64,000 nt of DNA, from the NCBI RefSeq assembly GCF_035084215.1, contig NC_090368.1:5332001-5396000 (forward strand), in the 5' to 3' direction. This DNA is from Heptranchias perlo (Eukaryota). Numbering within the stretch: position 1 is the first letter of the stretch; the number at the start of each line of letters is the position of its first letter. The notes below the pieces were generated by a model, which was given only the letters and a program-made list of their open reading frames with translations, was not told the origin of the DNA and searched no databases. The translations under genes were made by a program, and so were the position numbers. Below, piece after piece: positions 24,218 through 36,560 of this stretch.

Positions 24218-25316
24218 CAGCATGAGTTCGAATCCCAATGGACCAAACCACTTCCCATTCACTCCCAGTGAAAGGCTCAGTACCAAACCATGCAGGGTAT
24301 TTACACACTGAATAACACTCCCGTTTGGCATCATATTAGTGATCCTGAGTCAGCGATTGCATTGGGGCCAAGATGTGACTTACGGTGTAAGAAATGTCTG
24401 ACTCACTGCAAAATGGTATTTTCCTTTTACACAGACAAAAGGCTGCAGCCAAAAATAACGCGTTCCTTTTTTGTCCTTTGTTTTATCACATTTCTCCCCC
24501 TCCCCGCAGGCACCGACCCTCGGTCCCATTTTGGCCGACAGGCCTCAGGTTCCTGAGTACAGTGCCGGCGGGTGCTGGCCGGCTATTCGGCCACGGGAAG
24601 CATCGCAGTCAAGCCCACTGCTGCCACCGCTTAATGTCCACACCCACTTTCCAACAGGTGGACACAGGATAATGACCAGGAAGAAAGAACTCGCATTTAT
24701 ATAGCGCCTTTCACAGCCTCAGGCCGTCCCAAAGCGCTTTATAGCCGCTGAAGTACTTTTTTGAAGTGTGGCCACTGTTGTAATGTAGGAAACGCGGCAG
24801 CCAATTTGCGCACAGCAAGATCCCACGAACAGCCACATGATAAATGATCTGTTGGTTGAGGGATAAACATTGGCCCCAGGACACTGGGGGGGGTGGGGAG
24901 AACTCTTCCCCCCCCCCCCCCCCCCCCGCTCTTCTTCCAGTAGTGGCCGTGGGATCTTTTACGTCCACCCGAGGAGGCCTCAAAGCCTCAACCTTCTGAC
25001 TCGGAGGCGAGAGTGCTGCCCACTGAGCCGGGGCCAGAACTGGGGGATGTTTTCTGCTTGTGTCAAAAAAATTGTTTTTTTTTGATATAAGCAGAGTGAC
25101 CTTCCGTACTGTTTGTGGGAGCTTGCTGTGCGCAAATTGGTTACTGCGTTTTCCGACATTACAACAGTGTCCACACTTCAAAATGTACTTACCGGGCTGT
25201 AAAGCGCTTTGGGACGTCCTGAGGTTGTGAAAGGCGCTATAGAAATGCAAGTTCTTTCTAATTTAGTAAACTGTAATCAAAGTGTATAAAAAAGCACTCG
25301 GCCGTAAATACATGGA

Positions 25317-25327
25317 TTTATTTTATT
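25317..25327 (-). terminator. TMOD4 polyadenylation signals (two overlapping AATAAA)
   Basis: TTTATT on the + strand at 25317-25322 and 25322-25327, about 230 nt after the stop codon. Confidence 0.65.
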
Positions 25328-25554
25328 TACAATTTTTCTTCCCGCAAATCGGTCTAGCAAAGGAAGGGCGGGAAGGAGCCACCTTGTCTTGACTCCGAAA
25401 GTCCTATAAAGCAGCTGGTTACATTATAAAATGTACCGGATTGCCCTCGCCAAAATGCGCTCTGTCCAATGTGCTTTGAACTCCTGCCCCCAGACACAAA
25501 AGACGACATTCGCAGTTAAGTTTTACATTCCATCCATCGTTCCCGAGGCCATTC

Positions 25555-25577
25555 TCATCGCCGTCGCTGTTGACGCA
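25555..25577 (-). CDS. TMOD4: TMOD4 last coding exon
   Basis: tctctccccAG; (L)RQQRRR* with TGA at 25557-25555. Confidence 0.88.
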
Positions 25578-25784
25578 CTGGGGAGAGATAAGGGTGACAA
25601 AAAGATTAATCCTCGCCGTTTAGAAAATGATACTCTAGTAGCCGACAAGATGCCCCCCGCCCCCCCAACTCCGAACCACTCAATCGCACGGAAAGAAAGA
25701 AAAAAATAACTTGCATTTATATAGCGCCTTTCACGACCTCAAGACGTCCCAAAAAAAACGCTTTACAACCAATGAGGTACAGCG

Positions 25785-26185
25785 TCAGAAGGTCGTGGGT
25801 TCGAGCCCCCGCTCCAGAGACTTGAGCGCAAAATCCAGGCCGGCACTCCCAGCGCCAGTACCGAGGGAGCGCCGCACTGTCGGATGAGACGTTAAACCGA
25901 GGGCCCCGTCTGCCCCCTCTCAGGCGGACGTAAAAGATCCCACGGCCGCTACTGGAAGAAGAGCAGGGGGGAGTTCTCCCCGGTGTCCTGGGGCCGATAT
26001 TTATCCTTCAACCGACATCACTAAAAAACAGATGATCCGGTCATTTATCACATTGCTGTTTGTGGGATCTTGCTGTGCGCAAATTGGCTGCTGCGTTTCC
26101 TGCATTACAACAGTGACCACACCTCACAAAGTACTTCATTGGCTGTAAAGGTCGTGAAAGGCGCGATAGAAATGCAAGTTCTTTC
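25785..26185 (+). mobile_element. Deu-domain SINE
   Basis: Family match. Confidence 0.83.
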
Positions 26186-26534
26186 ATCTTCTAACCGTCC
26201 CCGAAAACGAGCTTGGACACGCCTCTACGCACAAGTGGGTGGGGCAACATCGGACTTAGCTGCGACGTCCTCACGATCGGGATCGCACGCAAGGAACGGG
26301 CACTCGGGGAGCTGCCCCGGGGTAGGGATCTCGCCAATCAGCCGGCGGGATCTCCGCTCCCGCTCGCCAGCTGGTAAAGGACACCGGGGCGACGCCGCCT
26401 CCCGCAGCCGAACAGCCCGCCGGGGGGGGTGGGGGGCGAATTAGCGAGGCGCCAGGGATTGCAGGAGCTCAACCAGAGCCCCTTCGAGAATGGGGAGTTG
26501 GGGGGGGGGGGCGGGGGGCTTCCGCTGTCCTTAC

Positions 26535-26679
26535 ACAAGTCGTTGTTCTTGGTGATGGCGATGGCAGCCCTTGCTCGCGGCCCCTGTTGCGTGAAGTGGT
26601 AGCCGAATCTGACGACGGTTTTGTTCTGTTCCAGCATCTTGGCGATCTCCATTTCCACAGCATCCCCGAGCTGGTGGCG
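26535..26679 (-). CDS. TMOD4: TMOD4 coding exon 8
   Basis: [48 protein letters not shown]; donor GTAAGG. Confidence 0.94.
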
Positions 26680-26912
26680 CTGCATGTGTGTGGGAGGAGA
26701 AATAATAAAAATATATACTGAACGTACAACGGGCAAAGAGAGACAGAGCTAACCGCGCCCACCTCCCCTCCTCTCCTGAAGGTGCTGACTCTGTCTGGGG
26801 CACAGCTTCAATGGTTATGCTGCTAGACCAGCAATCCAGAGGTGGTGAGTTAAGTCCCACCTCAGACTCACTAAGTAATGCATAGACTGGCACCAGGAAT
26901 CAGGGAAGGGAG

Positions 26913-27737
26913 CCAGTACCCCAGTGAGAGTCAGTGCCCGTGGGACCCGTACCCCAGTGAGAGTCGGCGTCTGTGGGACCCGTACCCCAGTGAGAGTCGG
27001 CGTCTGTGGGACCCGTACCCCAGTGAGAGTCGGCGTCTGTGGGACCCGTACCCCAGTGAGAGTCGGCGTCTGTGGGACCCGTACCCCAGTGAGAGTCGGC
27101 GTCTGTGGGACCCGTACCCCAGTGAGAGTCGGCGTCTGTGGGACCCGTACCCCAGTGAGAGTCGGCGTCTGTGGGACCCGTACCCCAGTGAGAGTCGGCG
27201 TCTGTGGGACCCGTACCCCAGTGAGAGTCGGCGTCTGTGGGACCCGTACCCCAGTGAGAGTCCGTGTCCGTGGGACCCGTACCCCAGTGAGAGTCAGTGT
27301 CTGTGGGACCCGTACCCCAGTGAGAGTCAGTGTCCGTGGGACCCGTACCCCAGTGAGAGTCGGCGTCTGTGGGACCCGTACCCCAGTGAGAGTCAGTGTC
27401 TGTGGGACCCGTACCCCAGTGAGAGTCGGTGTCTGTGGAACCCGTACCCCAGTGAGAGTCAGTGTCTGTGGGACCCGTACCCCAGTGAGAGTCAGTGTCC
27501 GTGGGACCCGTACCCCAGTGAGAGTCGGCGTCTGTGGGACCCGTACCCCAGTGAGAGTCAGTGTCTGTGGGACCCGTACCCCAGTGAGAGTCGGTGTCTG
27601 TGGAACCCGTACCCCAGTGAGAGTCAGTGTCTGTGGGACCCGTACCCCAGTGAGAGTCAGTGTCTGTGGAACCCGTACCCCAGTGAGAGTCAGTGTCTGT
27701 GGGACCCGTACCCCAGTGAGAGTCGGCGTCTGTGGGA
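26913..27737. repeat. 33-bp minisatellite (about 25 units), TMOD4 intron
   Basis: Unit gtaccccagtgagagtcggcgtctgtgggaccc. Confidence 0.97.
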
Positions 27738-27838
27738 GAGAAAATTGGGTGGTGTGAATCCAAGATTAAACCAGGTGGAAAATTTGGGGATGGGGTTTTC
27801 ACCCGGATATGATGGCCCTCCAGGGCCTAACCCCTCAC

Positions 27839-27982
27839 CTGGTTGTCTATCTTTAATTCAGTCACCGTGCGATTCTGCATCATGGCCTTAACTATAGCCC
27901 GCATCGCTGCACCGCTGATGAAGTTCGACTCGATATTAAGACTCTGCAAGGTGGAGTTTTGCTTCAGCATTTCAGCCAGGGC
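27839..27982 (-). CDS. TMOD4: TMOD4 coding exon 7 (LRR)
   Basis: [24 protein letters not shown]...TELKIDNQ; donor GTGAGG. Confidence 0.93.
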
Positions 27983-28599
27983 CTAACCCGGGGGTGGGTG
28001 GGGGGGGAAAGCAGACAAGACACACGGTCAAAAATAATCTGGGAGTTGATCGGAAATAGGTGAGGGTGGAGTTGTTCGGGTGCCTGGGACTAGAAGATTA
28101 ACCTCACCTCCGAGATCAGGCTGCACATCCACAAACCTTCGAAGGTGGCAGGACAAGTTAGAATCACAGAGGGGGGGCGGGGTTGCAGCGCAGAAGGAGG
28201 CCACTCGGCCCATCGAGCCCGTGCCAGCTCACTGTAAGAGCAAACCAGTCAGTCCCACTCGCCCGCTCTTTCCCCTGAGCCCTGCAAATTTTTTCCCTTC
28301 AAATATTTATCATGCGATTCCTTAAAACCCACAGCAAGGTTACTTGTAACTTTTATTTTAATTGAAGTTCACTCATTTCTAGAAATTGCCACAGTCAAAC
28401 GAACAAACTGACTCATCCCCGCTAAGTATCATCAAACCTAACTAGGAGAGTATTGCTATAATTCGCCTTTGGTGTGTCTCCGACCCATCTTTGGTCGAAG
28501 AACCTTCAGCTGCCTGGGCCCACCCTCTGAAACCCGCCCCTTCCCGCCTTCCCAAACCCCTTCACCTCTCCACTTCTCTAAGCGTCAGCTGTGGCTGCC

Positions 28600-29010
28600 T
28601 GGGTCAGAAGGTCGCGGGTTCGAGTCCCCGCTCCGGAGACTTGAGCCCATAATCCAGGCCGACGCTCCCGGCGCCCAGTACCGAGGGAGCGCCGCACTGT
28701 CGGAGGCCCCGTCTTTCGGATGAGACGTCAAACCGAGGGGCCCCGTCTGCCCCTCCCGGTTGGACATAAAAGATCCCACGGCCGCTATTGGAAGAAGAGC
28801 AGGGGGGGAGCGGGGGGGGAGTTCTCCCCGATGTCCTGGGGCCGATATTTATCCCTCAACCAACATCACTTAAAAAAAAACAGATGATCTGCTCGTTTAT
28901 CACGTTGCTGTTTGTGGGATCTTGCTGTGCGCAAATCGGCCAAAGAAACAACGCTGACTACACTTCAAAAGTACTTCACTGGCTGTGAAAAGCGCTTTAT
29001 ATAAATAAGA
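28600..29010 (+). mobile_element. Deu-domain SINE
   Basis: Family match. Confidence 0.83.
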
Positions 29011-29319
29011 GATCTTTCTGTCCTTCAAAACCTCTGCTCAAAAACTATCTTTCCAGCCAGTCGCTCACTCACCCCTCCGCATCTCTCCCTCCGTGACTTG
29101 GTCTCTGTATTTCCGGTTGTGAAATGTCTTTGGATTTTTTTTTAAATATGTTAAAAGCCTGACATTAATACAAGTACTTGTGATGAGCCGGTGATAGTCT
29201 CACTGTAGCAGCTGGCCACGCCATTCCACCCAAAACTGGACCCTGGCACAGAGACTCCCCCACCCAGGGTGCCCATCGGGCAGCAACGGGCACAGGCTCC
29301 ACTCCCATCTACAGCTCCT

Positions 29320-29830
29320 TAATCTTGAACTCATCCAAAACTCTGCCTGCCCCCACCCAATATCCTAACACCAAGTCCCGTTCACCCATCACCCCCTGTG
29401 CTCGCTGACCTACATTGGCTCCCGGTCCGGGAACGCCTCGATTTTAAAATTTTCATCCTTGTTTTCAAATCCCCCTCCATAGCCCTCGCCCCCCTCCCTA
29501 TCTCTGTAAACTCCTCCAACCCTCCGAGATCTCTGCGTTCCTCCAATTCCGGCCTCTTGCGCATCCCCCGATTTCCATCGCTCCACCATTGGCGGCCGTG
29601 CCTTCAGCCGCCCGGGCCCTAAGCTCTGGAATTCCCTCCCTAAACCTCTCCGCCTCTCTCTCCTCCTTTTAAGACGCTCCTTAAAACCTACCTCTTTGAC
29701 CAAGATTTTGGTCACCTGTCCTAATCTCTCCTTGTGTGGCCCGGTGTCAAATTTTGTTTGATAATCACTCCTGTGAAGCGCCTTGGGGACGTTACACTAC
29801 GTTAAAGGCGCTATATAAATGCAGGTTATA
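29320..29830 (+). mobile_element. L2-clade LINE 3' end
   Basis: LADLHWLPVRERLDFKIFILVFKS. Confidence 0.87.
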
Positions 29831-30078
29831 GTTTGTCACGTTAAAGGGCCCTACGTACGAACGGGCAACCCAACGACAATCAGCCTACAGCAAAGGTACG
29901 GCAGCAGCCGGCCAATCAGACAGCCGCGCCATCAAACATATGGAAAGGTCAAAGTGCGCCGTTGGCCAAATCCACCCCCTCCCCCCGATACCAAGTTTCA
30001 CGGAACTAGACCAGTGGTCCCCAACAAAGCTACGACGTATCCCGGGTCCTACTGCTCCCAGGCCCTGGTCGTACTTAC

Positions 30079-30186
30079 GTGAGCAACGGGGTCGTTGCTT
30101 CGAGTGGCCGCCATGGAGAGGCTCTTCACTTGGCTGTTATGCTTCAGGGCCTCTGCAAACTCCATGAGCATTGGTACGGGAATGTC
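30079..30186 (-). CDS. TMOD4: TMOD4 coding exon 6 (LRR)
   Basis: DIPVPMLMEFAEALKHNSQVKSLSMAATRSNDPVAH; donor GTAAGT. Confidence 0.93.
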
Positions 30187-30363
30187 CTGCGGGCAGAGGA
30201 AATGAATGAGACGTTATTTTTCCCGGGTTTTCTCTCTTGAAGGACTTGAGAAATCAGAAATGCAGCAAGTACAAATATAAACCAAGTTTGGAGGGAGTCA
30301 CAAGACACGTACGCCTCAGCACTAAAAGGGTCCCGTCCTTCTCAGTTTGGACACAGCCAATGC

Positions 30364-31146
30364 AGTGTTTGACGGGACAGTGTGGAGGGAGCTTTACTCT
30401 GTATCTAACCCTGTACCTGCCCTGGGAGTGTTTGATGGGACAGTGTAGAGGGAGCTTTACTCTGTATCTAGCCCTGTACCTGCCCTGGGAGTGTTTGATG
30501 GGACAGTGTAGAGGGAGCTTTACTCTGTATCTAACCCTGTACCTGCCCTGGGAGTGTTTGATGGGACAGTGTAGAGGGAGCTTTACTCTGTATCTAACCC
30601 TGTACCTGCCCTGGGAGTGTTTGATGGGACAGTGTAGAGGGAGCTTTACTCTGTATCTAACCCTGTACCTGCCCTGGGAGTGTTTGACGGGACAGTGTAG
30701 AGGGAGCTTTACTCTGTATCTAACCCTGTACCTGCCCTGGGAGTGTTTGACGGGACAGTGTAGAGGGAGCTTTACTCTGTATCTAACCCTGTACCTGCCC
30801 TGGGAGTGTTTGACGGGACAGTGTAGAGGGAGCTTTACTCTGTATCTAACCCTGTACCTGCCCTGGGAGTGTTTGACGGGACAGTGTAGAGGGAGCTTTA
30901 CTCTGTATCTAACCCTGTACCTGCCCTGGGAGTGTTTGATGGGACAGTGTAGAGGGAGCTTTACTCTGTATCTAACCCTGTACCTGCCCTGGGAGTGTTT
31001 GACGGGACAGTGTAGAGGGAGCTTTACTCTGTATCTAACCCTGTACCTGCCCTGGGAGTGTTTGATGGGACAGTGTCGAGGGAGCTTTACTCTGTATCTA
31101 ACCCTGTACCTGCCCTGGGAGTGTTTGACGGGACAGTGTAGAGGGA
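30364..31146 (-). repeat. 63-bp satellite array (about 12 units, inverted)
   Basis: Reverse complement of the same unit. Confidence 0.95.
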
Positions 31147-31189
31147 TCTACCATCAACACAGACACATAAACAAGGGCAAGAGAATCAC

Positions 31190-31326
31190 CTTGATGTTGT
31201 TCAGATTAACCTCGACCAGACCCTTGTCATCGTTCTTTATTTTCTTCAGGGTGTCATCAACATCGGTTTCATTGGGTGGCTCATCGGGATACGGTTTGTA
31301 CTCGTAGGAATCTGGTTTGACCACAC
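31190..31326 (-). CDS. TMOD4: TMOD4 coding exon 5
   Basis: VVKPDSYEYKPYPDEPPNETDV...VEVNLNNIK. Confidence 0.93.
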
Positions 31327-31552
31327 CTGCAAGGCAAAAATAAATTGGAAGAGTTTTTCTTGTTCTGTCCTTGAGGCAATTTTCCTTCTTCATCCCTCTC
31401 TCCTTGAGCCTCCCAGTGCAGCTCCCCCTGAGCCTCCGTTGGGAAGTACACGCTGTTGGTTATGGCACTCTGCCTTGTTATCAGGTTTGACTTTGATTCC
31501 CAGATTGATGCTGGGTGAACCGATCTGAATCAGGGAGATTTCCTTGTGTATA

Positions 31553-32100
31553 AACCACTCGTGGAGCGCTGTGCACAGTTCTGGTCTCCATATACCTTGG
31601 TTAGACCACACTTGGAGCACTGTGCACAGTTCTGGTCTCCATATACCTTGGTTAGACCACACTTGGAGCACTGTGCACAGTTCTGGTCTCCATATACCAT
31701 GGTTAGACCACACATGGAGCACTGTGCACATTATTGGTCTCCATATACCTTGGTTAGACCACATTCGGAGCACTGTGCACAGTTCTGATCTCCATATACC
31801 TTGGATGGACCACACTTGGAGCACTGTGCACAGTTCTGGTCTCCATATACCTTGGTTAGACCACACTTGGAGCACTGTGCATAGTTCTGGTCTCCATATA
31901 CCTTGGTTAGACCACACTTGGAGCACTGTGCACAGTTCTGGTCTCCATATACCTTGGTTAGACCACACTTGGAGCACTGTGCATAGTTCTGGTCTCCATA
32001 TACCTTGGTTAGACCACACTTGGAGCACTGTGCATAGTTCTGGTCTCCATATACCTTGGTTAGACCACACTTGGAGCACTGGGCACAGTTCTGGTCTCCA
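31553..32100 (+). repeat. 51-bp minisatellite (about 10-11 units) derived from CR1 ORF2
   Basis: The unit encodes LVRPHLEHCAQFWSPYT; the last unit continues into the CR1 body. Confidence 0.95.
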
Positions 32101-32600
32101 TATTACAAAAATGATATAGAGGCACTGGAGAAGGTGCAAAAAAGATTCACAAGGATGATCCCAGAACCAAGAGGATATACCTATCAGGAAAGACTGAACA
32201 GACTGGGGCTCATTTCTCTAGAAAAGAGAAGACTGAGGGGTGACCTGATAGCGGTCTTTAAAATTACAAAGGGTCTCGATGGGGTAGACGTAGAGAAGAT
32301 GTTTCCACTTGTGGGGGGAGAACAGAACTAGAGGGCCATAAATATAAGAGAGTCACTAATAAATCCAATCGGGAATTCAGGAGAAACTTCTTTACCCAGA
32401 GAGTGGTGAGAATGTGGAACTCGCTCCCACATGGAGTGGTTGAGGTGAATAGTGTAGATGGATTTAAGGGGAAGCTGGATAAACACATGAGGGAGAAAGG
32501 AATAGAAGGATATGGGGATAGGGTGAGATGAAGAGGTGAGAATGAGGTTCGTGTGGAGCATAAACACCAGCACAGACCAGATGGGCCGAACGGCCTGTTA
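32050..32600 (+). mobile_element. CR1 LINE 3' fragment
   Basis: LVRPHLEHWAQFWSPYYKNDIEALEKVQKRFTRMIP. Related fragments lie at about 54590-55010 and 57110-57715. Confidence 0.9.
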
Positions 32601-32941
32601 ATTCCATGTAATTCTATGTAATATATTCATTCTCAGGATGTGGGTGCTGCAGGCAAAGCCGGCATTTATTGCCCTGTCCCAAGCTACCCTGAGAAGGAGG
32701 CACCCTCTTGGTAATGATGGGAGTTAAGACACAGATCTAATTGAATGGTCACAAGGCGAGGACAGGATGAGGCCTCATGCAGTCGAACAGCCCACCAGTA
32801 CACACCGTCGGGACTCGCACTCGAAGAATGGACACTTGAGTGAGGCAGCCACCAGCCGACAATCCCAGCATGGAGTCATCGCTGGCAGAGCAGGAACAGA
32901 GAGAGAAGGAAAGTGGGAATGGAGTCTCCAACAATACTCAC

Positions 32942-33031
32942 TGTTTATTCCTTCTTTATTCATGATCACTCCACTTCCCAGTGCATCATAATACTGCTTG
33001 TTACTCATCAGTTTGTACATTCCCAGGATAG
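32942..33031 (-). CDS. TMOD4: TMOD4 coding exon 4
   Basis: ILGMYKLMSNKQYYDALGSGVIMNKEGIN; donor GTGAGT. Confidence 0.93.
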
Positions 33032-33075
33032 CTGCAATTGAAAGAAAAGCACATTTACCTCAAGGACTTCTGTGC

Positions 33076-33176
33076 ACGGGTTAGATACAGAGTAAAGCTC
33101 CCTCTACACTGTCCCATCAAACACTCCCAGGACAGGTACAGGGTTAGATACAGAGTAAAGCTCCCTCTACACTGCC
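33076..33176 (+). repeat. 63-bp satellite (about 1.5 units)
   Basis: Same unit. Confidence 0.9.
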
Positions 33177-33864
33177 CTAACAAAGTGTCTGAGCCTCAAG
33201 GACCCCCCTCCATACATGTTTTTCCATTTCACAGGCCCTCGGCCAGTATGAGTAAGATTTTCCATTCCTTCTGGGTTGGGGGCCATTTTGTGCTGGTTTG
33301 GGGGCCATTTTATGCTGGTTTGGGGGCCATTTTATGCTGGTTTGGGGGCCATTTTATGCTGGGTTGGGGGCCATTTTGTGCTGGGTTGGGGGCCATTTTA
33401 TGCTGGTTTGGGGGCCATTTTGTGCGGTGGGCCCATGAGAACTGGATTGAGACCAATGTCCTTTCTCAAAAGCCCCTCACAGCTGACGCGCCCAGGGGTT
33501 TTTCATACCGTCAGTCTGGGCTAGATTCAAACACCGGGCCCAGCCTGTAACCCACTCTGGCACCATCACGTAGAGATAGATGGATAGATCGGTTTGCCAT
33601 ATGTGCTCTATATGAGAGAAGGCTGGGTGACCTTGGCTCTCAGTCTGCTGCTGACCAGTGGGAACTGGAGATCCCTAGAGAGCGAGGTGTGGGACCCAAG
33701 GTTAGTCCAGGGATATTCGAACTGCTTCTTCACTCCCATTTGCAGCAGCTGAATCATGCTCCCCTGCCAAGGAGCTACTTTACTTGGGGCAGTGTCCCCG
33801 TGACCAGCTCCCTTTGCTCGCTGCTGCTCAACACAGTGTTACGTTCCCCCCTCTCGCCTGTCAG

Positions 33865-34320
33865 CCCTGCCTCAGTGGGTAGCGCGCGCTCTCTCTCGCC
33901 TCTGAGTCAGAAGGTCGTGGGTTCGAGTCCCCGCTCCAGAGACTTGAGCACAAAACCCAGGCCCACCCTCCCGCTGCCAGTACTGAGGGAGTGCCGCACT
34001 GTCAGAGGTGCCGTCTTTCGGATGAGACGTTAAACCGAGGGCCCCGTCTGCCCCTCTCAGGTGGACGCAAAAGATCCCACGGCCACTATTGGAAGAAGAG
34101 CAGGGGGGAGTTCTCCCCGGTGTCCTGGGGGCCGATATTTATCCCTCAACCAACATCACTAAAAAAAAAACAGATGATCCGGTCATTTATCACATTGCTG
34201 TTTGTGGGATCTTGCTGTGCGCAAATTGCGACTACACTTCAAAAGTACTTCATTGGCTGTAAAGCGCTTTGGGACGTCCTGAGGTTGTGAAAGGCGCAAA
34301 AGAAATGCAAGTTTTTCTTT
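33865..34320 (+). mobile_element. Deu-domain SINE, full length
   Basis: Same family. More than 20 full or partial copies occur in the window, e.g. about 6085-6620(-), 22480-22820(-), 23620-23900(-), 24685-24975(-), 41130-41345(+), 49462-49800(-), 54283-54510(-), 58695-58880(-), 59665-59880(-), 61595-61950. Confidence 0.87.
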
Positions 34321-34504
34321 TCATAAATATAAGATAGCCCTAAAAGATTAAATAAAGAATTTAGGAGGAATTTCTCTTGCTCAGAGTGGTGAGAATGTGG
34401 CACTCGCTGTCAGTTGAAGGAGAGAGTACAGATGCATTTAAGGGGAGGCTTGATGCACACATGAGGGAGAGGGGAATAGAAGATTACAGCAATAAGCAAC
34501 AATA

Positions 34505-34850
34505 CCCTGCATTTATATAGAGCCTTTAACGCAGTTAAACGTCCCAAGGTGCTTCACAGGAGCGTTAATCAGACAAAATTTGACACCGAGCCACATAAGG
34601 AGATATTAGGGACAGGTGACCAAAAGCTCGGTCAAAGAGGGAGGTTTTAAAGAGCGTCTTAAAGGAGGAGAGAGAGGCGGAGAGGTTTAGGGAGGGAATT
34701 CCAGAGCTTAGGGCCCAGGCGGCTGAAGGCACGGCCGCCAATGGTGGAGCGATGGAAATCGGGGGGATGCGCGAGAGGCCGGAATCGGAGGAGCGCAGAG
34801 ATCTCGGAGGGTTGTAGGGGCTGGAGGAGGTCACGGAGATAGGGAGGGTG
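34505..34850 (-). mobile_element. L2-clade LINE 3' end
   Basis: Reverse-complement match to the 9860-10365 family. Confidence 0.85.
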
Positions 34851-35714
34851 GGCGAGATAATTAGAGTGGGAGGAGGTTCACACGGAGTATAAACACCGGC
34901 CTAGTTGGGCCGCAGGTGGATTCTATGTAATTCACTGGCTGTTTAAGCACTCCTGGTGAGGCAGAGGAGAAGGGGTTACTTGTTGTCGAGCCAGCTCTGT
35001 GCTGAGAGAGTCGACACAGCTCTTTAAATACAAGCCCTGAACACCAGTTGCATGCACCTACTTCACTCAAACGTCAAACAACATTTCACACACTGACACA
35101 CAACCCATGTTACGAGGGAATCTAACACTCCCAGACACCCGCTTTTCGAGTAACTTAATCCTGATTAGCTCCAACTGATCCTTGTGCGGGGAGCTTGGAG
35201 CTGCTAGTGCGTTAGGGAATTGATAGTGCCTTCAACCGCCCGGGCCCTGAGCTCTGGAATTCCCTCCCTAAACCTCTCCGCCTCTCTCTCCTCCTTTAAG
35301 ACGCTCCTTAAAACCTCCCTCTTTGACCGAGCTTTTAATCACCTGTCCTAATATCTCCTCATGTGGCTCGGTGTCAAATTTCGTTTGATAATCGTTCCTG
35401 TGAGGCGCCCTGGGGATGTTAACGGCGCTATATAAATGCAATTTGTTCTTGAATATGTGTCGATACAGTACCTGCCTGTTAATACACACCTCTCCATCTA
35501 TTTGTGCCCTCACCTCTTCCAACTGATTTCTCCTGCGTCTGGCACTCGCTGGGGCACTCGATGAAATGCGTGGGCTCTGAATGCCCCCTCTCCCCGGGTA
35601 CCCTCGTCCAACTGGCCCCCTTCGCCATGAGTCACCCATGTTCGTGAGTCCAAATCAGACGATGAAAGATTAGGCCAGATTTACACCGGGGAATAATCCT
35701 CCTCGTAAAGAAAC

Positions 35715-36140
35715 AAACTCGCATTTCTATCGTGTCTTTCACAACCTCAGGACGTCCCAAAGCGTTTTACAGCCAATGAAGTACTTCTGAAGTGTAGTCA
35801 CTGTTGTAATGTAGGGAACGGGCCAGCAAATTTGCGCACAGCAAGATCCCACGATGAGTAAGATGACCAGATCTGTTTTTTTTTTAGTGATGTTGGTTGA
35901 GGGATAAATATCGGCCCCAGGACACCGGGGAGAACTCCCCCCTGCTCTTCTTCCCCGTGGGATCTTTTAACATCCACCTGAGAGGGGCAGACGGAGCCCT
36001 CGATTTAACGTCTCATCCGAAAGACGGCACCTCCGGCAGTGCGGCACTCCCTCAGTACTGCAGCGGGAGTGTCGGCCTGGATTATGGGGCTCAAGTCTCT
36101 GGAGCGGGGGCTCGAACCCACAACCTTCTGACACAGAGTC
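35715..36140 (-). mobile_element. Deu-domain SINE
   Basis: Family match. Confidence 0.83.
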
Positions 36141-36318
36141 ACTGCCGATCATACCCCGGAAAATTGGCCTCAGCACCCCCTTTGAATGTCATGTATTTTA
36201 TCTCACGCACTCCTGGCCACCCAATCCTATAGACGACCCCCCTCCCCAATGACCCCAGATGTCGGTCGGATATAGGCCTCTCTCTGATGCACCCCTTGCG
36301 TTCCCGACAGACAGATAC

Positions 36319-36444
36319 CTGCAATGTCACACATCTCGGCATCAGAGGCATTAGCGAGAGCTTCCTCCAGCTCTGGCTCCAAGATCACGTCAGCATCCTT
36401 CTCAAACTGCGTCTTCACCCTCTCCTTGGGAACAAATGGCTTTC
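36319..36444 (-). CDS. TMOD4: TMOD4 coding exon 3
   Basis: KPFVPKERV...LEPELEEALANASDAEMCDIA; AG/GT ends. Confidence 0.93.
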
Positions 36445-36560
36445 CTGCACCACACAGAGAAAGAGGGAGTTAAAGGAGAGAGAGAGAGAGAGAGAGAGAA
36501 CACAGAATGAAGGGAGGGACAGCGAGGGGAGAGAGAGAATAACGGAATGAAGGTATCACG

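Noticed and set aside
26878-27891. ORFs with [11 protein letters not shown] / [11 protein letters not shown] repeats
   Set aside because: 33-bp intronic minisatellite. TMOD4 exon phases are complete without it.
30237-31307. 356-aa ORF with GQCRGSFTLYLTLYLPWECL repeats
   Set aside because: Translation of the 63-bp satellite; the same peptide recurs at every array.
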